From positions 194,710-258,709 of the forward strand of contig DEAI01000011.1 in assembly GCA_002346675.1 (NCBI GenBank): DNA of 64,000 nt, given 5' to 3'. How positions within the stretch are numbered: the first letter of the stretch is position 1; every line of letters begins with the position of its first letter. The DNA is from Fidelibacterota bacterium UBA2986. GTDB lineage: Bacteria > Fidelibacterota > Marinisomatia > Marinisomatales > AB-629-J13. A program made the position numbers and the translations under genes. Below are positions 55,603 through 64,000 of this stretch, one piece after another. Below the pieces are notes generated by a model. It searched no databases. It was given only the letters and a program-made list of their open reading frames with translations, and was not told the origin of the DNA.

Positions 55603-58434
55603 ATGAATAAAAAAGCTCTAAAAAAAATTATCATCCGGGGTGCCAGAAAGCACAATCTAAAAAACATTGATTTAGACATTCCGAGAGATAAGCTAACAGT
55701 TATAACCGGGCTTTCCGGGTCGGGGAAATCGTCCCTAGCGTTTGATACTATCTATGCAGAAGGACAGCGGAGATATGTAGAGTCGCTTTCATCTTATGCA
55801 AGGCAGTTTATAGGGCTTATGGATAAACCAGAAATGGATACTATAGAAGGCCTCTCTCCTGCTATTTCCATTGAACAACGAACCACATCTAGGAATCCCC
55901 GCTCTACAGTGGGAACTGTAACAGAAATTCATGATTACCTTAGATTGCTATTTTCTCATGTGGGAAAACCCCACTGCTGGAAGTGTGACCGCAGAATACA
56001 GAAACAAAGTGTACAACAAATTGTTGATGCGGTAAACGATTTCAAAAATGGAACAAAAATCTGTCTACTTTCTCCTATAGTTCAAATGAGAAAAGGTCAA
56101 CACAAGGCTGTGTTCGAGGGAATTAAAAGAGATGGTTTTTTAAGGGCAAGAGTAAATGGTGAAATTCTCTCTATAAGCAAAGCACCTGAACTAAAAAAGA
56201 ATAAAAAACATACAATAGAGGTTGTTGTAGATAGGCTCATTATTGAAAAGGGTTGTGGGGAGAGGTTAACTGAGTCAGTAGAATTAGCATTAAAGCTTGG
56301 CTCAGGACTGGTTATCGTTAGTGAATATCCAGACAAAGATCACCTATTCAGCGAACATTTTTCTTGTCCCCACTGCAATGTCTCTATGGCGGAACTAAGC
56401 CCAAGAATGTTTTCCTTTAACTCTCCATTTGGCGCATGTCCACACTGCGATGGAATTGGATCACATATGGATATTAACCCAGACTTGATAGTTCCTGATA
56501 AATCGAAATCAATTATTCAGGGGGCTCTGGTTCCGCTTGGAGAGCAACCAAGGGGAAACTGGTATGGGAATATTCTTAGAAGTTTATCTAGTCACTATCA
56601 TTTCAATTTTACAACACCATGGAAAATGATTAATTCGGAGATTAGAAAGATATTATTGTTTGGCACCGGAAATAAGCAGATGAAAATGAAATATAAATCC
56701 AGGCGGTGGTCCGGAACCTATACCGGAGGATGGGAAGGTGTGGTTCCTAATTTAATGAGACGTTACAACCAAACCAAATCCAATGGAATAAGAGAGTGGA
56801 TTGAACAATTTATGAGCATGAGATCCTGTCCCGCATGTGGAGGAGCAAGACTAAAAAAAGAGAGTCTCTCTGTGACGATAGAAAAATCAAATCTTGGCGA
56901 GTTTTCAAGAATGTCTATCAAAGAAGCCTTGAGTTTTATTAAAACGCTAAAGTTAAATAAAACAGACCGCATAATTAGCCAAGAAATCTTGAAGGAAATA
57001 AATGAACGTCTGGGTTTTCTATATGATGTGGGGCTAGACTATCTAACACTTGACCGATCAGCTTCCACCCTTTCAGGTGGAGAGGCACAGCGTATTCGTC
57101 TTGCTACTCAAATTGGTTCTCAGTTGGTGGGCGTTCTGTACATATTAGATGAGCCATCTATTGGTCTCCACCCCAGAGATAACTCTAGACTACTTAGTAC
57201 CTTAAAAAAACTAAGAGACTTAGGAAACACTATATTGGTTGTTGAGCACGATAAAGAGACAATGGAAGCGGCAGACTTTCTCGTTGATCTTGGCCCTGGA
57301 GCCGGTGAAAACGGAGGGGAAGTTGTTTTTTCTGGTGAACCAAAAAAAATATATAAATCCATAAAATCACTAACCGGAAAATATTTAGCTGGGAAAAAAC
57401 AGATTCCCACGCCAAAGGCAAGAAGAACACAAAAGGGCAATATGCTTGTAGTTTCTGGAGCATCGGGAAATAATTTAAAATCAATTGAAGTGGCGTTTCC
57501 ATTAGGTAAGCTTGTATTGGTGACTGGTGTTTCTGGTAGCGGAAAAAGTACTCTTGTAAACGAAACACTTTATCCTATATTGGCAAAAGAACTTCATAGG
57601 GCCCGCATGTATCCTCTTAATTATACAGAAATAAAGGGAACTAAATATATAAATAAGGTTGTAAATATTAACCAAAAACCCATTGGAAGAACCCCACGCT
57701 CCAACCCTGCGACCTACACAGGAGTATTTACATTTATTCGTGATATTTTTAGTCAGCTACCTGAGTCAAAATTGCGGGGATACAAGCCGGGGAGGTTTTC
57801 TTTTAATGTGAAAGGAGGAAGGTGTGGAGAGTGTGAGGGAGATGGAATTATAAAGATTGAAATGAATTTTCTTCCAGATGTCTATGTAACCTGCGAAACA
57901 TGCAATGGTAGTAGGTATAATCGCGAAACCTTGGAAGTGAAGTATAAAGATAAAACTATAGCGGATGTGTTAAATATGTCCACTGAGGAAGCGCTTGGTT
58001 TTTTTAAAAACATTCCTTCTGTCAAGAAAAAACTCGAAACTTTAGTTGAGGTAGGGTTAGGATATATCAGACTAGGACAGCAAGCGACAACACTCTCCGG
58101 AGGAGAGGCACAGAGAGTAAAACTTGCCACAGAACTTTCACGAGCGAGCAATGACAGTACATTTTATATTTTGGACGAACCAACCACAGGTCTTCATTTT
58201 GAAGATATTAAAATGCTTTTAAAAGTTCTTCAGGAGCTAGTGAACAGGGGAAACACTGTTGCTGTTATTGAACACAACCTGGAGGTTATTAAATGTGCAG
58301 ACTGGGTTATCGACCTAGGCCCTGAAGGTGGGGATGAAGGTGGGGAGGTTTTATTTATGGGTACACCAGAAAACTTATCTAACCATAATGTGTCTTACAC
58401 AGGACGCTTTTTAAAAAAAGAGCTTAAAAACTAA
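55603..58434 (+). CDS. uvrA: Excinuclease ABC subunit A
   Basis: 943 aa. Two ABC modules ([23 protein letters not shown]; [24 protein letters not shown]) and zinc-finger Cys pairs. Confidence 0.97.
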   Translation: MNKKALKKIIIRGARKHNLKNIDLDIPRDKLTVITGLSGSGKSSLAFDTIYAEGQRRYVESLSSYARQFIGLMDKPEMDTIEGLSPAISIEQRTTSRNPRSTVGTVTEIHDYLRLLFSHVGKPHCWKCDRRIQKQSVQQIVDAVNDFKNGTKICLLSPIVQMRKGQHKAVFEGIKRDGFLRARVNGEILSISKAPELKKNKKHTIEVVVDRLIIEKGCGERLTESVELALKLGSGLVIVSEYPDKDHLFSEHFSCPHCNVSMAELSPRMFSFNSPFGACPHCDGIGSHMDINPDLIVPDKSKSIIQGALVPLGEQPRGNWYGNILRSLSSHYHFNFTTPWKMINSEIRKILLFGTGNKQMKMKYKSRRWSGTYTGGWEGVVPNLMRRYNQTKSNGIREWIEQFMSMRSCPACGGARLKKESLSVTIEKSNLGEFSRMSIKEALSFIKTLKLNKTDRIISQEILKEINERLGFLYDVGLDYLTLDRSASTLSGGEAQRIRLATQIGSQLVGVLYILDEPSIGLHPRDNSRLLSTLKKLRDLGNTILVVEHDKETMEAADFLVDLGPGAGENGGEVVFSGEPKKIYKSIKSLTGKYLAGKKQIPTPKARRTQKGNMLVVSGASGNNLKSIEVAFPLGKLVLVTGVSGSGKSTLVNETLYPILAKELHRARMYPLNYTEIKGTKYINKVVNINQKPIGRTPRSNPATYTGVFTFIRDIFSQLPESKLRGYKPGRFSFNVKGGRCGECEGDGIIKIEMNFLPDVYVTCETCNGSRYNRETLEVKYKDKTIADVLNMSTEEALGFFKNIPSVKKKLETLVEVGLGYIRLGQQATTLSGGEAQRVKLATELSRASNDSTFYILDEPTTGLHFEDIKMLLKVLQELVNRGNTVAVIEHNLEVIKCADWVIDLGPEGGDEGGEVLFMGTPENLSNHNVSYTGRFLKKELKN

Positions 58435-58532
58435 GCGCTATAAATAAGATAATCTGGCCTTGATATATCCTGTTTAAAACCCTTACTTTTAATACTCCGA
58501 AATGTACCCAATTTATTGTTCATATTACTCCC

Positions 58533-59555
58533 GTGACTGATACCTCTCTTACTGACCCTGCTCCACTAGAAGAAGAAATTGTAGTTGAAAAATCTCTTAG
58601 GCCGTCCCATTTTGACGAATTTATCGGTCAAAAAGATATTGTTGGTAGCCTAAAGCTTTATATTGAGGCTGCGAACAAAAGAGAAGAAGCCTTGGACCAT
58701 GTTTTATTATTTGGCCCTCCTGGGTTGGGGAAAACCACTCTCGCAAATATTATATCTCGAGAGTTGAATGTAAGTATTAAACAGACATCAGGTCCCGTTA
58801 TGGAAAGAGCTGGAGATTTAGCTGGAATGTTAACTAACCTTCAAAAAAGGGATGTTTTTTTTATTGATGAGATCCATCGGTTGAACAGTGTAGTTGAAGA
58901 ATATCTTTATTCCGCTATGGAAGACTATACTATTGATATCATGATAGACAAAGGTCCCAGCGCCAGAAGTGTACAGCTAAATATTGAAAACTTTACGTTA
59001 ACCGGAGCTACAACACGCTTAGGAAATTTGACCTCCCCCTTGAGAGATAGATTTGGTATCATATTGAGGGTAGACTATTACGATTCCGAAGAGCTGTTTC
59101 ATATTGTAAACCGTTCAGCAGAAATATTAGATATTAAAACTGACGATGAGGGGGCAATGGAAATTTCTAGTAGATCTAGAGGGACCCCCAGGGTTGCAAA
59201 CAGAATTTTACGCCGTACACGTGACTTTGCTGAAGTGAAAGCTAACGGTACTATAACTCAAGAGGTAGCAAGGGCCTCACTAGACGGTATGGGGATTGAT
59301 GAAAACGGATTGGATAATATGGACAGAAAAATTTTAGAGGCACTGGTAGATAAATTTAACGGAGGCCCCGTAGGGGTAAACTCACTTGCCGTTGCCATAA
59401 GCGAAGACTCCACTACCGTTGAGGATGTATATGAGCCCTTTTTAATTAAAGAGGGCTATCTTCAGCGGACATCTAGAGGTAGAATTGCACAGAAAAAAGC
59501 GTTTCAGCTTTTAGGACTTAACCATAAATATCAACAAGGACTTTTTAATGATTGA
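58533..59555 (+). CDS. ruvB: Holliday junction branch migration helicase RuvB
   Basis: 340 aa. [12 protein letters not shown], Walker [12 protein letters not shown], Walker B FIDEIHRL, and GATTR. GTG start. Confidence 0.96.
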   Translation: MTDTSLTDPAPLEEEIVVEKSLRPSHFDEFIGQKDIVGSLKLYIEAANKREEALDHVLLFGPPGLGKTTLANIISRELNVSIKQTSGPVMERAGDLAGMLTNLQKRDVFFIDEIHRLNSVVEEYLYSAMEDYTIDIMIDKGPSARSVQLNIENFTLTGATTRLGNLTSPLRDRFGIILRVDYYDSEELFHIVNRSAEILDIKTDDEGAMEISSRSRGTPRVANRILRRTRDFAEVKANGTITQEVARASLDGMGIDENGLDNMDRKILEALVDKFNGGPVGVNSLAVAISEDSTTVEDVYEPFLIKEGYLQRTSRGRIAQKKAFQLLGLNHKYQQGLFND

Positions 59556-60600
59556 AAAAAGAAAAAAATATAAACTGAGTGACTTTGACTTCCCTTTGCC
59601 AAAGAAGTTTATAGCCCAACACCCATCCTCCCGTAGAGACCTGGCGAAGCTTATTGTCGTACACAAAGATACCGGAAAGATAGAACACAAACTTTTCTAT
59701 AATATTTCTGATTATATGAGTAAAAATGATTTAATTCTATTGAATAACACAAAGGTGTTTCCTGCCCGATTGTTTGCTATAAAAGATAAAACAGATGCAC
59801 AGGTAGAAGTGTTTCTTTTAAGGGAGCTTGAAAATAATCTATGGGAAGCTATGGTGCGACCCGCAAGAAAAGTGAGGATTGGAAACAAGCTCGTATTCAC
59901 ACCAAAAATTCACTGTGATGTAATTGATAATACTATATCAGGTGGCAGAGTAATTCGCTTTGAACATGGTGACGAACCCATTTACGATGTAATAGAAAGA
60001 GTCGGAAACTCTCCCCTCCCACCCTACATTAATAGACCCGCAGAAGCAAAAGATAAAGTTCGGTACCAGACAGTGTATGCTCAGGAGCGAGGGGCTGTAG
60101 CAGCTCCAACTGCAGGGCTTCATTTTACAAATAGTTTGTTAGGTAAATTAGAAAGAAAGGGAGTAAAGCATGATTTTGTTACACTTCATATTGGGCTAGG
60201 TACATTCCGGACCATTCAGGTGGAAGATCTAAATCGACACCAGATGGACTCAGAGTATTTTGAGGTTCCCCCTAAGACAGCTCTTTCTATAAACGAAACA
60301 AAGAAAAAACGCCGAAAAGTAATTGCAGTCGGAACTTCTTGTGTTAGGGCGCTGGAAACTGTTGCGGTATCTGGCTTTCAGGTTACACCTAAAAGAGGGT
60401 GGACAGATAAATTTATATATCCTCCTTACAAGTTTAGAATGATTGATGGAATTATTACAAACCTCCATATGCCAAAGAGCACCCTTATTATGATGATTTC
60501 TGCGTTTGCAGACGTTGATTTAATTAAAAAGGCTTACAGGGAAGCAAAAAAGAAGGATTATAAATTTTTAAGTTATGGCGATGCCATGCTAGTTATATAG
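59548..60600 (+). CDS. queA: S-adenosylmethionine:tRNA ribosyltransferase-isomerase
   Basis: 350 aa. [22 protein letters not shown]...[13 protein letters not shown], and [10 protein letters not shown]. Confidence 0.95.
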   Translation: MIEKRKKYKLSDFDFPLPKKFIAQHPSSRRDLAKLIVVHKDTGKIEHKLFYNISDYMSKNDLILLNNTKVFPARLFAIKDKTDAQVEVFLLRELENNLWEAMVRPARKVRIGNKLVFTPKIHCDVIDNTISGGRVIRFEHGDEPIYDVIERVGNSPLPPYINRPAEAKDKVRYQTVYAQERGAVAAPTAGLHFTNSLLGKLERKGVKHDFVTLHIGLGTFRTIQVEDLNRHQMDSEYFEVPPKTALSINETKKKRRKVIAVGTSCVRALETVAVSGFQVTPKRGWTDKFIYPPYKFRMIDGIITNLHMPKSTLIMMISAFADVDLIKKAYREAKKKDYKFLSYGDAMLVI

Positions 60601-60612
60601 AGCTGTAAATTT

Positions 60613-61302
60613 ATGCCCACAGCAGCAATCATACCTGCAGCGGGGTCCGGTCTTCGATTCGGAGAGCAAAAACAATTTAAATTACTAGGGAAAAAACCTC
60701 TTTTACTTCATTCTATTGAACCATTTATTCGGTCTAATGAAATTCAAGAAATAGTGGTCGTTGTACCCTCCGAAATGGTGAAAGAGTCAAAGAGGATATT
60801 TTCCAATTATTTTGGAATCGGAATAAGGGTTGTTTCTGGAGGCGAACATCGCCAGATATCTGTATATAACGGATTAAAAGCAGTATCTAAAGATTGCAAT
60901 CTGGTCTGTGTTCATGATGGAGCCAGGCCTTTTGTTACCGTCAAATTGATTGAGTCAACAATTCATGCAACCAAAAAATTTGATGGCGTTATAGCAGCGG
61001 TTAAGGCGACTGACACAGTAAAACAAAGTTCAAACAATACTGTTCAGGCTACATTAAATAGGGATATAGTTTGGCTTGCTCAGACACCGCAGGTGTTTGA
61101 TAAAAACATGCTAAAAAAAGCACTATCATCTTTAAATGAAAAAAACGATTTAGAAACCGATGAGGCTATGACAATGGAAAAAATGGGTTACTCAATTGGA
61201 ATTGTTGAAGGTAGCAGGTTTAATATAAAAATTACAACACAGGAAGATTGGGTGTTCGCAGAGGCTATCATAAACTCAAAACCTTTAAAAACGTTTCAAT
61301 GA
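60613..61302 (+). CDS. ispD: 2-C-methyl-D-erythritol 4-phosphate cytidylyltransferase
   Basis: 229 aa. AIIPAAGSGLRFG, VHDGARPF, and QTPQVF. Confidence 0.92.
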   Translation: MPTAAIIPAAGSGLRFGEQKQFKLLGKKPLLLHSIEPFIRSNEIQEIVVVVPSEMVKESKRIFSNYFGIGIRVVSGGEHRQISVYNGLKAVSKDCNLVCVHDGARPFVTVKLIESTIHATKKFDGVIAAVKATDTVKQSSNNTVQATLNRDIVWLAQTPQVFDKNMLKKALSSLNEKNDLETDEAMTMEKMGYSIGIVEGSRFNIKITTQEDWVFAEAIINSKPLKTFQ

Positions 61303-61790
61303 GTAACTCTGTCGGTATGCGAGTCGGAATAGGATACGACGCTCACCCACTGGTCAGAGAGAGATCTCTGATAGTTGGTGGTGTTGATATCCCTTCAGGT
61401 CTAGGTTCAGATGGACATTCAGATGGAGATGCATTAATTCACTCTATCGTGGATGCTCTTTTAGGTGCTGTGGGGCTCGGAGATATTGGAAGCTATTTCC
61501 CCAGTGATGACAACCAATGGAAAAATGTAGAAAGTAAACTATTTTTACAACATGCCACTATAAAGATAAAAAAAATAGGTTGGGAAATTGAAAACATAGA
61601 TAGTGTGATTTTGCTTCAAAAACCTAAAATTGCACACCACATTCCCAGTATAAAAAGAGGTCTTTCTAAAATCATGAATATAAAAGAGTCACAGCTATCT
61701 ATTAAGGCGACAACTACAGATCGTTTAGGTTATATTGGCAAACAACAGGGCTGGGCTGCTCAGGCAGTTGCTTTAGTAAGAAAAATTTAA
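61299..61790 (+). CDS. ispF: 2-C-methyl-D-erythritol 2,4-cyclodiphosphate synthase
   Basis: The track ORF starts at 61248 inside ispD. I trimmed to the ATG at 61299, which overlaps the ispD TGA (ATGA). MRVGIGYDAHPL, HSDGDALIHSIVDALLGA, GDIGSYFP. Confidence 0.92.
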   Translation: MSNSVGMRVGIGYDAHPLVRERSLIVGGVDIPSGLGSDGHSDGDALIHSIVDALLGAVGLGDIGSYFPSDDNQWKNVESKLFLQHATIKIKKIGWEIENIDSVILLQKPKIAHHIPSIKRGLSKIMNIKESQLSIKATTTDRLGYIGKQQGWAAQAVALVRKI

Positions 61791-61798
61791 AACAAACC

Positions 61799-62635
61799 TT
61801 GAAACTTAAATCTGGAGCAAAAATAAATATTGGTCTAAAGGTTTTGAACCGCAGGTCAGATGGCTATCATAATATTTTAACTGTATTTCAGGAACTGAAC
61901 TTTGGGGATGATTTAGAAGTTGTAAAATCAGATAACGGGTGTGAATTTTCCTCTAATGTAAGCTGGCTTAAAAATGATAAATCTAATTTATGTGTAAGTG
62001 CATGGATAAAAATGAGGGATAGTTTTTCAAAACTAAGGGGAGTGAAAATAAGGTTAAAAAAGAGGATACCTAAAGGCTCAGGCTTAGGAGGGGGGTCTTC
62101 TAATGCGGCAGGAGTTATTAAGTGCTTGAACTCAATTTTCAGCTTGAATATGACCCACAAAAAAATGGAGAACGTTGCAGCTGATTTGGGGGCAGATGTA
62201 GCATTTTTTATTCAAGGAGGGACACAAATAGGTAAAGGAATCGGGGAGGATTTAAAAACTCTTTCAAGCCCACCTTCCGGAACTGTTCTGTTGGTCTTCC
62301 CAAATATCCATATTAATACAGCCCAAGCTTTTGGCTTACTAAAAAACAAGTTGGAAGATATTAATGAATCCCCTAACTTCGCCAGCTTTTTTCAGGAAAA
62401 TAGTTTTCCTGAAGAGATCTTTAAAAATGATTTTGAAAAAGTAATTTTTCCAGCATATCCAGAGATCGGTCGGATAAAAAAAACACTGATTGAATTAGGT
62501 GCTGTGTTTGCCGGTTTGTCGGGTAGTGGCTCGACTGTGTATGGAATATTTAATGATGTGTCTTCTGCGGTATCTGCAGAATCACAATTTAAATCAACCT
62601 ACCATACAATAGTTACCTCTCCCGCAAACTCTTGA
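61799..62635 (+). CDS. ispE: 4-diphosphocytidyl-2-C-methyl-D-erythritol kinase
   Basis: 278 aa. KINIGLKV, the GHMP kinase motif IPKGSGLGGGSSNAA, and GLSGSGSTVYG. TTG start. Confidence 0.9.
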   Translation: MKLKSGAKINIGLKVLNRRSDGYHNILTVFQELNFGDDLEVVKSDNGCEFSSNVSWLKNDKSNLCVSAWIKMRDSFSKLRGVKIRLKKRIPKGSGLGGGSSNAAGVIKCLNSIFSLNMTHKKMENVAADLGADVAFFIQGGTQIGKGIGEDLKTLSSPPSGTVLLVFPNIHINTAQAFGLLKNKLEDINESPNFASFFQENSFPEEIFKNDFEKVIFPAYPEIGRIKKTLIELGAVFAGLSGSGSTVYGIFNDVSSAVSAESQFKSTYHTIVTSPANS

Positions 62636-62677
62636 TTTTATCAACTTTCTGGTTACTTAGGAAATAGTACTGGTTTT

Positions 62678-62748
62678 TGGGGCGTCGTCTAACGGCAGGA
62701 CATCGGGTTTTGGTCCCGACAGTCGGGGTTCGAGTCCCTGCGCCCCAG
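62678..62748 (+). tRNA. tRNA-Gln (anticodon UUG)
   Basis: Folded by hand. The acceptor stem TGGGGCG/CGCCCCA is 7 bp. The anticodon stem TCGGG/CCCGA carries the loop TTTTGGT, giving anticodon TTG. The T arm is CGGGG/CCCTG with the loop TTCGAGT. The discriminator is G and no CCA is encoded. Confidence 0.9.
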
Positions 62749-62789
62749 CAGATTATTAATGACGAATCAACTAAAAAAATAAAAATTGC

Positions 62790-63743
62790 ATGAATTCAAA
62801 TACTAACAGTTTGAAAATTTTTTCTGGCAGAAGTAATGTTCAGCTAGCAAAAAGGATTGCACAGAATCTTGGGGTTCCCTTAGGTGAAATTTCCATTAGG
62901 AGTTTTGCTGATGGTGAACTTTGGGTAAAGTACGAAGAAAACATCAGGGGTAAGGATGTTTTTATTGTTCAATCGACGAACAGCCCGGCTGAAAATATAA
63001 TTGAATTGATTTTAATGTTAGATGCTGCTGTCCGCGCCTCTGCAAAGAGAGTTACAGCTGTAGTGCCTTATTTTGGATATGCTAGGCAGGACAGAAAAGA
63101 CACCCCACGAGTTCCTATTTCTTCTCGAGTTATGGTTGATTTATTTTCAACAACTGGTGCAGATCGGATTATAAGTATGGACTTACACTCCACCCAAATT
63201 CAGGGTTTTGCATCTATTCCGTTTGACCATTTATATAGCAGAATAGTTTTGCTAGATGAAATCAAAGGACGATATAAAGACCCGGATAACACAGTGGTTC
63301 TTTCACCAGATGTAGGCTCGGTTCCTATAAGCCAGGCATATGCAAAGAGATTGGGCATGCACTTTGCACTTATTGATAAAAGAAGATACTCGCCGAACAA
63401 AGCGGAAGTGATGCATCTTATTGGTAACCTTGAGGGAAAAGATGTGTTGATTGTCGATGATATGATTGATACAGCGGGTACTACTGTAAATGCCGCTGAA
63501 GCTGCCCTAAAGCATGGTGCGAGATCAGTCTCTTCGGTTGCAACCCATGCGGTTCTGTCTGACCCTGCGATTGATCGATTAAAAAACTCAAAAATAGATC
63601 ATATTTTATTTACAGACACAATATATATTTCAAATGAAAGAAAACTGCCAAACATTGACTTTGTATCTGTGGCAGGTATTTTTGGAGAAGCAATAAAACG
63701 GATCCACAAAGGTGAATCTGTAAGCGCGCTTTTTGATTTTTAA
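62790..63743 (+). CDS. prs: Ribose-phosphate pyrophosphokinase
   Basis: 317 aa. VPYFGYARQDRK and the PRPP-binding loop VLIVDDMIDTAGT. Confidence 0.96.
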   Translation: MNSNTNSLKIFSGRSNVQLAKRIAQNLGVPLGEISIRSFADGELWVKYEENIRGKDVFIVQSTNSPAENIIELILMLDAAVRASAKRVTAVVPYFGYARQDRKDTPRVPISSRVMVDLFSTTGADRIISMDLHSTQIQGFASIPFDHLYSRIVLLDEIKGRYKDPDNTVVLSPDVGSVPISQAYAKRLGMHFALIDKRRYSPNKAEVMHLIGNLEGKDVLIVDDMIDTAGTTVNAAEAALKHGARSVSSVATHAVLSDPAIDRLKNSKIDHILFTDTIYISNERKLPNIDFVSVAGIFGEAIKRIHKGESVSALFDF

Positions 63744-63756
63744 AAGGAGATAGAAA

Positions 63757-64000
63757 ATGGCACAACAATATGAACAATTAAATATTGCGGATAGGACCGA
63801 GACGGGTGGTCGTTCAGCACGCTCTATAAGAAACAGCGGGCTGATTCCAGTAAATTATTATTACAAAGGGGAAGAAAATATAAACCTTACTGTAATTCAA
63901 AATGAATTTTTGAAATCTATGAGATCGGGACATCGTATTTTTAAGGTTGATTTAAAGGGCAGCACCCAGTACGTGATGGTAAAAGAGATTCAATATCATC
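63757..64000 (+). CDS. rplY: 50S ribosomal protein L25 / general stress protein Ctc, N-terminal part (runs off the right edge of the window)
   Basis: Not in the ORF track. My translation from the ATG at 63757 (AAGGAGA RBS at 63744..63750) is MAQQYEQLNIADRTETGGRSARSIRNSGLIPVNYYYKGEENINLTVIQNEFLKSMRSGHRIFKVDLKGSTQYVMVKEIQYH. The pattern is L25-like, and ispE-tRNA-Gln-prs-rplY is a common gene order. Confidence 0.85.
   Translation, partial: MAQQYEQLNIADRTETGGRSARSIRNSGLIPVNYYYKGEENINLTVIQNEFLKSMRSGHRIFKVDLKGSTQYVMVKEIQYH

Noticed and set aside
1273-57568. Many ORF-track entries lie antisense to, or out of frame within, long genes. Examples are 1273..1578, 4111..4515, 7984..8238, 25879..26229, 29473..29796, 32329..32649, 40600..40842, 44381..44782, 57120..57440 and 57230..57568.
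   Set aside because: Each lies wholly inside a confidently identified gene on the opposite strand or in another frame. Their composition is low-complexity or biased, typical of shadow ORFs, and none has a recognisable motif.
62636-62789. tRNA-Gln checked as a possible integration hotspot or genomic-island boundary.
   Set aside because: No integrase, direct repeat of the tRNA 3' end, or foreign-looking genes flank it. ispE-tRNA-Gln-prs-rplY is a common conserved housekeeping arrangement.
1-64000. Looked for CRISPR arrays, tandem repeats, IS elements, prophage genes, toxin-antitoxin pairs and retron- or DGR-like reverse transcriptases.
   Set aside because: By eye there are no regularly spaced direct repeats, no transposase, integrase or reverse-transcriptase motifs, and no small paired ORFs of toxin-antitoxin type. 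A computational repeat scan would be needed to exclude short or degenerate repeats.

Overview
The window is a 64 kb AT-rich bacterial chromosomal segment that is densely coding and almost entirely housekeeping. All calls come from reading the supplied translations and the DNA by eye; no similarity search was run.

The left end is a classical origin-proximal block. It runs mfd, mnmG, mnmE, yidC, yidD and rpmH on the minus strand, diverging from dnaA on the plus strand. A perfect DnaA box sits in the spacer. rpmH (L34) is too short to appear in the ORF track.

The rest of the window, in order:
- a PQQ-type sugar dehydrogenase and an S41 protease
- an exbB-exbD-exbD-tonB set
- sdhCAB
- a nine-gene co-directional cluster: peptide-type ABC importer without ATPase genes, Nudix, plant-type glutamate-cysteine-ligase homolog, C26 gamma-glutamyl hydrolase-like amidotransferase, HAD phosphatase and two membrane proteins
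- ppdK
- a motA/motB-like stator pair with no flagellar genes nearby
- an aldehyde dehydrogenase
- a lipid/envelope operon: fabA, ychF, Gfo/Idh/MocA oxidoreductase, ICMT-like methyltransferase, lpxB, DUF374/LpxJ-like, lpxK, ssb, plsC
- a SusC/SusD pair preceded by a membrane adenylate cyclase-TPR protein
- uvrA, ruvB, queA, ispD, ispF, ispE, tRNA-Gln(UUG), prs and the start of rplY

SusC/SusD and the general gene content suggest an FCB-group organism (Bacteroidota or a relative), but I cannot place it further. I saw no rRNA, CRISPR array, transposase, integrase or phage genes.

I found no clear-cut novel system. The most interesting leads are:
1. the importer-Nudix-GCL-C26-HAD cluster
2. a lipid A locus whose accessory genes resemble GnnA, LmtA and LpxJ
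3. an identical 16-nt element containing the perfect palindrome GTTTCACGTGAAAC at two consecutive start codons
4. the orphan stator pair next to a 550 bp AT-rich gap
5. rpmH abutting yidD with no rnpA between them
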